Program-made: the position numbers and the translations under genes
The notes under the pieces: model-generated
Told to the model about the DNA's origin: nothing
Seen by the model: only the letters and a program-made list of their open reading frames with translations
Database searches by the model: none
Assembly: GCA_001772005.1 (NCBI GenBank)
Contig: MERI01000048.1
Coordinates: 2,626 to 66,625, forward strand
Length of the DNA: 64,000 bases
Direction: 5' to 3'
DNA from: Betaproteobacteria bacterium RIFCSPLOWO2_12_FULL_62_58
Lineage (GTDB): Bacteria > Pseudomonadota > Gammaproteobacteria > Burkholderiales > SG8-41
Part shown: one piece after another, positions 9,601 to 16,114 of the stretch
Layout of the letters: every line of letters starts with the position of its first letter
Position numbering within the stretch: the first letter of the stretch is position 1

Positions 9601-10231
9601 CCAGATCGCCGTCCGGGCCGGAGAACGGATTACCCTTTCGGGCATCGGCGCTGGAAACGATCCGGAACGTCAACTGGAACAGGTTGCGCATTTCCCGCTC
9701 CCAGTTGCCGATCAGCCCGGCTGGGGAAACAATCAATACGCGGCGTATGGTACGGCGGGTGAGGCTCTCGCGGACATACAGCCCGGTCATGATGGTCTTG
9801 CCCGCACCGGCATCGTCCGCGAGCAGGAACCTCAGGCGCGGCTGCGTCAGCATTCGTTCATAGACCGCAATGCGCTGGTGGGGCAGCGGATCGATCTGGC
9901 TGATTTCCGCCGCAAATGCCGGATTGAACAGATGGCCGTAGCTCAGGCGCTCGCCTTCGACGAGCACCCTCAATTCATTAGCGTCGCCGAGGAAGTCGAG
10001 CTTGGCGTCTGCCACTGCCACGACGGCAGACGGCGTCTGGGGCTGCCCCTTCGTCAAGGCGAAACCTCCACCCCGAAGCCCCTCCAGCTTCTCGAGGGCC
10101 ATCCGGGATGGGCGCACCTGTCCGTTTTCCCAGCGGTTCAGCGTTGCGAAGGAGACGCCGAGCAGCTTGGCCAGTCGCTGTTGCGTCAGACCGAGAGTTT
10201 TTCGAAGGCTCCTAATTTCTTCGGGCGTCAT
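6659..10231 (-). CDS. SNF2/DEAH-family helicase with N-terminal XRE-type HTH and C-terminal DUF3883 (PD-(D/E)xK-like) domain
   Basis: 1190 aa. HTH LGLTQQRLAKLLGVSFATLNRWENG; motif I LADDAGAGKT; motif II VVFDEAHKL; motif VI QRMGRIHRYGQ. C-terminus GFDVLS...RAIEVKGR...LTENEW...YWLYAV. Confidence 0.9.
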   Translation of the reverse strand: MTPEEIRSLRKTLGLTQQRLAKLLGVSFATLNRWENGQVRPSRMALEKLEGLRGGGFALTKGQPQTPSAVVAVADAKLDFLGDANELRVLVEGERLSYGHLFNPAFAAEISQIDPLPHQRIAVYERMLTQPRLRFLLADDAGAGKTIMTGLYVRESLTRRTIRRVLIVSPAGLIGNWEREMRNLFQLTFRIVSSADARKGNPFSGPDGDLVIVSVDSLRGATLFKALGDPATLPYDLVVFDEAHKLSANRDSDGTFRPTDRYRLAEALAGVRDIPDEWRLPWNTHHLLLLTATPHMGKEYPYYCLWRLLEPELFSTETAFKLFPNDARRRYFIRRVKEEMVDLHGRPLYALRTCDTHSYDLTQGNVSEQTLYDETTQYIRHYYNQARLLNRSAARFAMTVFQRRLASSTWALMCSFRRRFDRLESLIDDIRSGRIPEEQLREQQKKLDRQVHDTLDEKSSEEESTDNGVEEHEKDEAEALGAFVATSLAELIAEREKVRELIRLAERVYEQGRESKFEKMRELLRNPQFENQKVIIYTEHKDTLEFLMRRLDAMGYAGQVAFIHGGLDFEQRDAQVERFRRPHGQAAGEENGARFFVGTDAAAEGINLQFCWVLINYDVPWNPARLEQRMGRIHRYGQKKDRVVILNLVAGKTREGRVVKILLDKLEEIRIALGSDKVFDVIGRIFEGVSMTDYLQKAILSDDAADRAAMDLAGQLTVEQVRAIAAREESIYGKGGEVMRDLPKLQEAMHIEEMRRLLPGYVRRYLEHAAPVIGVDLVGDLGATFFVRARTRGALDGVMPLLESYPDSARNRLTVYRPDDRRDAVFLHPGEPVFERLSALAIERCRSAGRQGAVFIDPSATRPYLFHVARVSVVRGVDQGFPSLHQEEVLEQRLVGVQQFADNRLDEAPVEQLLLLKPGGKVDSSAVPFLAQGTTYRAATERHVREVILKKLSEINLLSEQGRMRHAEEYLRRAYDYQESELASARKRYTEKARDGDKGAAAELERIKNQQRSLSERRELAVGQLRREVELIQPGEVELIATALVQPSFDAEDIKARDAEVERIAMEITIAHEISQGADVRDVSIPAKARVAGLTDYPGFDVLSKRHAGGERAIEVKGRVETGDVELTENEWAKAINLRGRYWLYAVFDCATGSPRLVRVQDPFGTLMVRAKGSFVISASAILQAAEVRQ

Positions 10232-10260
10232 TTACTCGTTCGTGTTGAGTAATTAAATGC

Positions 10261-10290
10261 AATATAGCATATGATATAAGATGGTTTCAA
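10261..10290 (-). promoter_or_regulatory. Candidate sigma70 promoter of the helicase operon
   Basis: Minus strand reads TTGAAA-18 nt-TATATT about 30 nt upstream of the helicase ATG. An imperfect palindrome around CATATG lies in the spacer next to the -10. Confidence 0.4.
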
Positions 10291-10547
10291 CGGTAACGTG
10301 AAAAAGTACCTCAAGATATGCCGTCGGTCGGACCAGCAGGCTGATTCAGGCGATCAGTCTATCAGTAGAACATGCTTATTCTTCAATAGGATGCGAGAAT
10401 TACGCCGTCGATAAGATCTAGAAAATTCGCTATCCAACAGGGCCGGCTTCCCAACCCGCTTACTGCGCACAACCCAGCAACCAAACCGGACTTATGCCGT
10501 GTACCCGTGAAAAAGTTGTGGATAGCCCACTGGCGTCGGGATAAAAT

Positions 10548-10578
10548 TTGAGCTTGCCAAAACTTACCAATATGGTAA
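10548..10578 (+). promoter_or_regulatory. Candidate TA promoter with overlapping palindromic operator
   Basis: TTGAGC-17 nt-TATGGT. Palindrome TTACC-AATAT-GGTAA (10564-10578) overlaps the -10; it loosely resembles an MqsA-type operator. Confidence 0.4.
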
Positions 10579-10585
10579 ATTTCTT

Positions 10586-11071
10586 GTGATTGCTGGCCAC
10601 CCGAATCCTTTTGTCAGGCAGAGACCCGAACTGCCGTGGCCACCGCCGACCGAGCACGACGACCGCAGCCGCGTCATACCTGAAAAGATTTGGGAACTTG
10701 CCGATATCAAGGCAATCGCACAGGCGCAAGTGGACCAGGAAGCCGAAACCTTACTGTCGGCAATTACCGACGATTGCATTGAAGACCTTCAGAAACTTGA
10801 ATTTACTGCTCGCGATGTAGCCGAGCGGATACTGCAACTTCAAGCGCACCACTATGACAAGTCGATGTGGTGCATGAGAAGCAAGAGACCTGGGGTCAAG
10901 GTACCTGATGAACAGCTGTGGTTTCCCTGTGATGCCTATGTGCTTCGAGTTAAAGAACGCGTACCCACCACAGGATGGGAAGGGTTTCTTGATTACTACG
11001 TCAAGCTTTGCCTTACACCGAGCAAGAAGGTAATCGTATTGATTTCCTTCCATCCTCCTAAGCTTTTTTGA
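10586..11071 (+). CDS. mqsR: MqsR-family toxin (start codon uncertain)
   Basis: 161-aa ORF. HHYDKSMW matches E. coli MqsR DFYKSM, and the C-terminal VIVLISFHPPK matches VLIVSFKEK. Toxin-first gene order as in mqsRA. About 35-40 extra N-terminal residues relative to E. coli. Confidence 0.7.
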   Translation: MIAGHPNPFVRQRPELPWPPPTEHDDRSRVIPEKIWELADIKAIAQAQVDQEAETLLSAITDDCIEDLQKLEFTARDVAERILQLQAHHYDKSMWCMRSKRPGVKVPDEQLWFPCDAYVLRVKERVPTTGWEGFLDYYVKLCLTPSKKVIVLISFHPPKLF

Positions 11072-11092
11072 ATCATTACTCCCAAGACAAAT

Positions 11093-11704
11093 ATGGAAAA
11101 GAAAACCTCCTGCGTGATGTGCGGAAACGAACACCTTCATCTCCAGGAATCCGAGAAGTTGGTGGAAATTGACGGCGCCGAGGTCAAGATTCCTTTCCGT
11201 AAGCATTGGTGTGAAGAATGCGGGAGCGAAATGGCTCTCAATGAGGATCTCCGCTTCAACGCCCGCGCCATGCGTCATGCAAGAAAGAAGCACCGCGGGA
11301 TGCTCACGGGCGAGGAGATTCGACAGATTCGCAAGCAATTGAGACTCAACCAGGAGCAAGCCGCGAAGCTCTTCGGTGGCGGGCCAGTGGCATTTTCCAA
11401 GTATGAAAACGAGGAAGTCAGTCAGAGTGACGCCATGGACAGGCTGATTTGGATCGTTGGAATGATTCCCGGTTTAGCCCAACTGCTTGCGAAGCGACTA
11501 AAGATTGACTTAGCCATGGAGGCAGAGGTCACGCTGGAAAAAACAGCCACTGAATTCAAAGAAGAATACGTAACTCAAGCTCGGGTGGCCATGGAAGCAA
11601 CTTCGAGCTATTTCAGAGGGTTCAGTGCCTTCTCAACGGCGAGTAATGAGGAAATCTATAAACCCGACGAAAAGGCTGGGGCCGTTGAAGGAGTTGCCGC
11701 TTAG
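11093..11704 (+). CDS. mqsA: MqsA-family antitoxin (Zn-ribbon + XRE HTH) with long C-terminal extension
   Basis: CVMCG...CEECG zinc ribbon. IRKQLRLNQEQAAKLFGGGPVAFSKYE matches MqsA VRKKLSLTQKEAAEIFGGGVNAFSRYE. 203 aa versus about 131 aa in E. coli. Confidence 0.85.
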   Translation: MEKKTSCVMCGNEHLHLQESEKLVEIDGAEVKIPFRKHWCEECGSEMALNEDLRFNARAMRHARKKHRGMLTGEEIRQIRKQLRLNQEQAAKLFGGGPVAFSKYENEEVSQSDAMDRLIWIVGMIPGLAQLLAKRLKIDLAMEAEVTLEKTATEFKEEYVTQARVAMEATSSYFRGFSAFSTASNEEIYKPDEKAGAVEGVAA

Positions 11705-11718
11705 GCCGTGAGGATTTG

Positions 11719-12246
11719 ATGCGTCCAAGCCCTATCCAGTTGCGGCACCTGATTTACAACAAGGTTGCTGTATCACCGAATCCTTCGGAAGAGGAATCTC
11801 CTGGCCGAGCAGTTGGTTTCGATTTCGACGGGGTTAACATCCGAGCAAAGGTAGGAATAGCACGCAAGCCCGGACAAGAGCGCGATCCGCGCGATTTTCT
11901 CGTCAATCTGGAAATTAGAATCGACAGCAAGGAAGGGAAGGCCGCTCCTTACGATATCGACGTGGGGGTAGTAGGTGTATTCGAAGTCTTACCGTCACTC
12001 GCAAGAGAAAAGAGAGAAGATTTGGTGACGGTAAATGGCGCTTCTATCTTGTATGGCGTGATCAGAGAGGCAGTGCTCTCGTTGACATCACGTTTTGTAG
12101 GCGGCGCTCTCACTCTTCCAGGGATGAACTTTGAGGATGATGCGCCATCACTGCGCGCGGCTCGCGCGAAAACGCACTCTTCCCCCGTCGAAGCATCGAG
12201 AACGTCAACGCCTACAAAGAAGCTACGACGAAAGCGTTCGGCCTGA
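11719..12246 (+). CDS. SecB-like chaperone (TAC-system chaperone candidate)
   Basis: N-terminal [17 protein letters not shown] and [21 protein letters not shown]...LPGMNFED resemble SecB signature regions. ATG at 11719 follows GTGAGGA. Third gene after mqsRA. Confidence 0.65.
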   Translation: MRPSPIQLRHLIYNKVAVSPNPSEEESPGRAVGFDFDGVNIRAKVGIARKPGQERDPRDFLVNLEIRIDSKEGKAAPYDIDVGVVGVFEVLPSLAREKREDLVTVNGASILYGVIREAVLSLTSRFVGGALTLPGMNFEDDAPSLRAARAKTHSSPVEASRTSTPTKKLRRKRSA

Positions 12247-12289
12247 ACTGCGCTAGTGGCGCCGTAACTCGGAGTTGCGTTACAATGTG

Positions 12290-12362
12290 CGCCCCCGAGG
12301 AGCGTTGCAACGGGCCATACGCGCCCGCCAGGCTCGGGGTGTCAACCGCAACGGCGCTCACG
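12290..12362 (+). promoter_or_regulatory. SAH (S-adenosylhomocysteine) riboswitch
   Basis: CCGAGGAGCGUUGCAAC...GCCAGGCUCGG...GCAACGGCGCUCAC matches the conserved SAH-element cores. It lies directly upstream of ahcY; TACAAT -10 at 12281-12286. Confidence 0.8.
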
Positions 12363-12395
12363 AGCTTTTTTCTTTTTTTTGGAAAGGAGAGCGTG

Positions 12396-13814
12396 ATGAA
12401 CGCCGTAATCAAGTCTTCCTCCAAGCAGGATTACCATGTAGCTGATATCAAGCTCGCCGATTTCGGCCGCAAGGAAATGGCGATCGCCGAAACCGAAATG
12501 CCGGGCCTGATGGCGGTGCGCGAGGAATACACGGGCCAGCAGCCGCTCAAGGGCGCGCGCATCGCGGGGTCGCTGCACATGACGATACAGACCGCGGTGT
12601 TGATCGAGACTCTGGTCAAACTCGGCGCGGAGGTGCGCTGGGCCTCCTGCAACATCTTCTCGACCCAGGATCACGCGGCGGCGGCGATCGCGGCGGCCGG
12701 CATTCCGGTGTTTGCGTTCAAGGGCGAAAGCCTCGAGGAGTACTGGGCGTTCACGCACCGCCTTTTCGAGTGGCATGACGGCGGCGCGCCCAACATGATC
12801 CTCGACGACGGCGGCGACGCCACGTTGCTCGCGACCCTCGGCTCACGCGCCGAACGGGACCCCGCGCTCGTCGCCAAGCCGGCCAACGAAGAAGAGCGGG
12901 TCCTCTACGCGGCGATCAGGAAACGCCTCGAAACGAGGCCCGGCTGGTATTCGAAGATCCTCGCCGGAATCCGCGGCGTGACCGAAGAGACCACCACCGG
13001 CGTGCACCGGCTCTACCAGATGGAAAAGGACGGGCGGCTGCCTTTTCCCGCCATCAACGTCAACGACTCCGTGACCAAGTCGAAGTTCGACAACCTTTAC
13101 GGCTGCCGCGAGTCGCTGGTCGACGGCATCAAGCGCGCGACGGACGTCATGATCGCCGGCAAGATCGCGCTCATTGCCGGCTACGGCGACGTCGGCAAAG
13201 GCTGCGCGCAAAGCTTGCGGGGCCTCGGCGCCATGGTGTGGGTGACCGAGATCGACCCGATCTGCGCGCTGCAGGCGGCGATGGAAGGATACCGCGTGGC
13301 CACCATGGACGAGGCGGCAGACAAGGCCGACATCTTCGTCACCGCCACCGGCAACATCAACGTCATCACCCACGAGCACATGGTCAGGATGAAACACAAC
13401 GTGATCGTGTGCAATATCGGGCATTTCGACTCGGAGATCGACGTCGCGAGCCTGCGGCAATACCGGTGGGAGAACATCAAGCCGCAGGTCGACCATGTGA
13501 TCTTCCCCAGCGGCAAGCGGCTGATCGTGCTCGCTGAAGGGCGGCTCGTCAATCTCGGCTGCGCGACCGGGCACCCGAGTTTCGTCATGTCGAACTCGTT
13601 CACCAATCAGGTGCTGGCGCAGATCGAACTGCATGCCAACACCGGCAAGTACGAGAACAAGGTGTACGTGCTGCCGAAGCAGCTCGACGAGCGGGTGGCG
13701 CGGCTGCACCTGAAGAAACTGGGCGTTCAACTCACCACGCTCACCGAGGCGCAGAGCAGCTATCTCGGCGTCGACATCAACGGACCGTACAAGCCGGAAT
13801 ACTACAGATACTAA
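12396..13814 (+). CDS. ahcY: adenosylhomocysteinase
   Basis: [39 protein letters not shown]... NAD motif [20 protein letters not shown] at 12384. The ORF-track start at 12285 would read through the riboswitch. Confidence 0.95.
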   Translation: MNAVIKSSSKQDYHVADIKLADFGRKEMAIAETEMPGLMAVREEYTGQQPLKGARIAGSLHMTIQTAVLIETLVKLGAEVRWASCNIFSTQDHAAAAIAAAGIPVFAFKGESLEEYWAFTHRLFEWHDGGAPNMILDDGGDATLLATLGSRAERDPALVAKPANEEERVLYAAIRKRLETRPGWYSKILAGIRGVTEETTTGVHRLYQMEKDGRLPFPAINVNDSVTKSKFDNLYGCRESLVDGIKRATDVMIAGKIALIAGYGDVGKGCAQSLRGLGAMVWVTEIDPICALQAAMEGYRVATMDEAADKADIFVTATGNINVITHEHMVRMKHNVIVCNIGHFDSEIDVASLRQYRWENIKPQVDHVIFPSGKRLIVLAEGRLVNLGCATGHPSFVMSNSFTNQVLAQIELHANTGKYENKVYVLPKQLDERVARLHLKKLGVQLTTLTEAQSSYLGVDINGPYKPEYYRY

Positions 13815-13816
13815 CG

Positions 13817-13899
13817 CGGAACGAGGAACGATGAACGCGGAACGGCTGGTGCTTGCGCCGGTATTCTTTGACGTTCATCGTTCATCACTCATCGTTCAT
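13817..13899. repeat. Inverted arrays of 4 + 4 heptamers (NNGAACG / CGTTCAT) around a 27-nt spacer
   Basis: cggaacg aggaacg atgaacg cggaacg (13817-13844); cgttcat cgttcat cactcat cgttcat (13872-13899). Confidence 0.85.
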
Positions 13900-13911
13900 C
13901 ATTGCCACTAA

Positions 13912-14757
13912 ATGCTGTCGCAGAAAAAATTCCCGCGCATCTTCAGCTTCGAGTTCTTCCCGCCCAACACGCCGGAAGGAACGGAAAAGCTGCGCGCCAC
14001 GACCAGGCAACTGGCCCAGCTCAAGCCGGAGTTCTTTTCAGTGACCTTCGGCGCCGGCGGTTCCACGCGCGACCGCACGCTCGGCACGGTGCTCGACATC
14101 CGCGCCCAGGGCTACGCGGCAGCGCCGCACATCTCGTGCGTTGCCTCCACGAAGGAGAGCATCCGCGACATGCTGCAGCGCTACAAGGATAGCGGCATCA
14201 AGCATCTCGTCGCGCTGCGCGGGGATTTGCCGTCGGGGCTCGCCGCGGCGGGCGAGTTTCGCTATGCCAACGAGCTCGTCGAATTCATCCGCAAGGAGTT
14301 CGGCAACCAATTCGTGATCGAAGTTGCGGCGTATCCCGAGTATCACCCGCAGGCGAAGAGCGCCCAGGACGATCTGCTCAACTTCAAGCGCAAGATCGAA
14401 GCCGGCGCGGATTCCGCGATCACTCAGTATTTCTATAACGCCGACAGCTACTACCACTTCGTCGATGAATGCGAGGCGATGGGCGTCGACATCCCGATCG
14501 TGCCCGGCATCATGCCGATCGGCCGCTTCGCGCAGCTCGCGCGCTTCTCCGATGCCTGCGGCGCCGAGATCCCGCGCTGGATCAGGAAAAAGCTCGAGGG
14601 CTACGGCGATGACACCGCGTCAATCCGCGCCTTGGGTCTCGACGTGGTGACCGCGCTGTGCGACAACCTCCTGCGGAACGGCGCGCCCGGCCTGCACTTC
14701 TATACCCTCAACCAGGCCGGCCTCACCACCACGATCTGGCAGCGGCTGGGACTGTAA
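13912..14757 (+). CDS. metF: methylenetetrahydrofolate reductase
   Basis: FSFEFFPPNTPEGTEKL...SVTFGAGGSTRDRT... typical MetF; follows ahcY. Confidence 0.95.
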   Translation: MLSQKKFPRIFSFEFFPPNTPEGTEKLRATTRQLAQLKPEFFSVTFGAGGSTRDRTLGTVLDIRAQGYAAAPHISCVASTKESIRDMLQRYKDSGIKHLVALRGDLPSGLAAAGEFRYANELVEFIRKEFGNQFVIEVAAYPEYHPQAKSAQDDLLNFKRKIEAGADSAITQYFYNADSYYHFVDECEAMGVDIPIVPGIMPIGRFAQLARFSDACGAEIPRWIRKKLEGYGDDTASIRALGLDVVTALCDNLLRNGAPGLHFYTLNQAGLTTTIWQRLGL

Positions 14758-14797
14758 GAGTCGTGATTAAGCCGCCGATTACCGGTTTTTTCTACGA

Positions 14798-15310
14798 TTA
14801 GTTCGCAGGCACGGCGGCGACCACGTCGATCTCGATGAGGAATTCCGGTTCCGCGAGGCGACTGACGATGAGCAGCGTGTTGGCGGGAGGAGCTTTGAGG
14901 TTCCTGAAGCGCGCGATCCGCGCGTCGCGGAAATTCTTGATGTGCGCCGCGTCGGTCAAATATGTGGTCGTCTTGACGACATTGTCCCAGCCGGCACCCG
15001 CAGCCTTGAGCGCAAGCTCAATGTTGTCGTAGACCGCATTGGCCTGCGCTCGAACATCGCTCGATTGCACCTTGTAGTTCGCATCGGCCGCGGTCTGGCC
15101 CGAGAGGAAAATCATCCGCGCGCCCTGAACTTCGACCATCTGCGTGAGGCGCGGCGAACTCCACAGGCCCGCAGGGTTGCTATGCCGCAACATGAACGGC
15201 GGGGTCCCGGAGTCGGCAACCATCTGCGATGTCGCCGCAGCGCTGAATGTAGTCCATCGTCTCAGCAACGAGGACAGAACGTCGGGGATTCCAAGTAACA
15301 GTTGGATCAT
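14798..15310 (-). CDS. RidA/YjgF-family protein with N-terminal extension
   Basis: IFLSGQTA...VVKTTTYLTD...EIDVVA core. Strong AGGAGG RBS before the ATG at 15310. Confidence 0.8.
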   Translation of the reverse strand: MIQLLLGIPDVLSSLLRRWTTFSAAATSQMVADSGTPPFMLRHSNPAGLWSSPRLTQMVEVQGARMIFLSGQTAADANYKVQSSDVRAQANAVYDNIELALKAAGAGWDNVVKTTTYLTDAAHIKNFRDARIARFRNLKAPPANTLLIVSRLAEPEFLIEIDVVAAVPAN

Positions 15311-15623
15311 CAGCTCCTCCTAGGAAGCGATCGGGTATGCCTGTCGGCAGGCGATACTAGCACAGACACCAACACGGCTTGGCGGGCCGTTGCCGTCCCG
15401 CACGGCTATACTGTCGCCTTGACCCGGCACGCCAACTCCGCTCGTGATCGGGAATGCCCTGACAACGCAAGAAAAAGGGAGGCTTTCGTGCAAAACGGAT
15501 CGCCTGCGGCGCCGCAAACCGCGACCGACGTGGTGAGCACGGGATTGCTCTTGGGTCTCGCGATCTTATTGATCCGCTGAGACGGCGCTATCGCGCCGCG
15601 GCCGGGGGGCGGCCCCGGTGCCG

Positions 15624-15657
15624 GTGACTTTCTTTTGCTCACCCAAAAGAAAGTTAC
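15624..15657. repeat. Strong hairpin inside a gene-less region
   Basis: gtgactttctttt gctcaccc aaaagaaagttac: 10 perfect bp plus 2 more after one mismatch. Confidence 0.6.
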
Positions 15658-16114
15658 CAAAGAAAAGGGAGCCCCGGTTCGCTGCCGCTACCTCGTTGCC
15701 TCGTGCGGTATCCCTGCGCTGCTCGCCAAGGCGGGGCGGCTGCGCAACTCGCGATCCATCTTCGCGACTGCACACGTATCAGGCCGGAATCTTTGGGGCG
15801 CACAATGGGCGTATTCGAAGCTCGCACAGTGCTCGCCGACGACCCCCCGTCTTGGCTGCGACTGCTCGGCGGCTCTCAGGGGACCCAAGATCAAAAGCGC
15901 GGTGGAAGACCAGTGGCCGACCGGAACATCTGCCCCGGGTCGCGGACGCGTTGTCGTCCTTTCGGGCGTTCTTGCCGGAATGTCACGGTGAAAGGCCCCA
16001 GTGTGGTAACCGCGCGCAAAATTTGCTAGGGTAGACAGCGCCCATTTACGGCTCGCGGATTCAATGCCGTTGCACAAGCAGCATTGCGTGCCAGCCTAAC
16101 CCAGGAGAAGATGA

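Noticed and set aside
9089-10252. Plus-strand 387-aa ORF opposite the helicase 5' end
   Set aside because: It is antisense shadow of the helicase gene, with no recognisable motifs and no RBS.
12285-12395. Upstream extension of ahcY (ORF-track start at 12285)
   Set aside because: It would translate through the SAH riboswitch and a T-rich tract. A strong AAGGAGA RBS precedes the ATG at 12396, and the protein from there matches the normal AhcY N-terminus. Similar over-extensions were trimmed for the permease, second RidA, cytochrome, ilvA, rpiA, ppx, pap, sixA, cusA, rsmE and yfcG.
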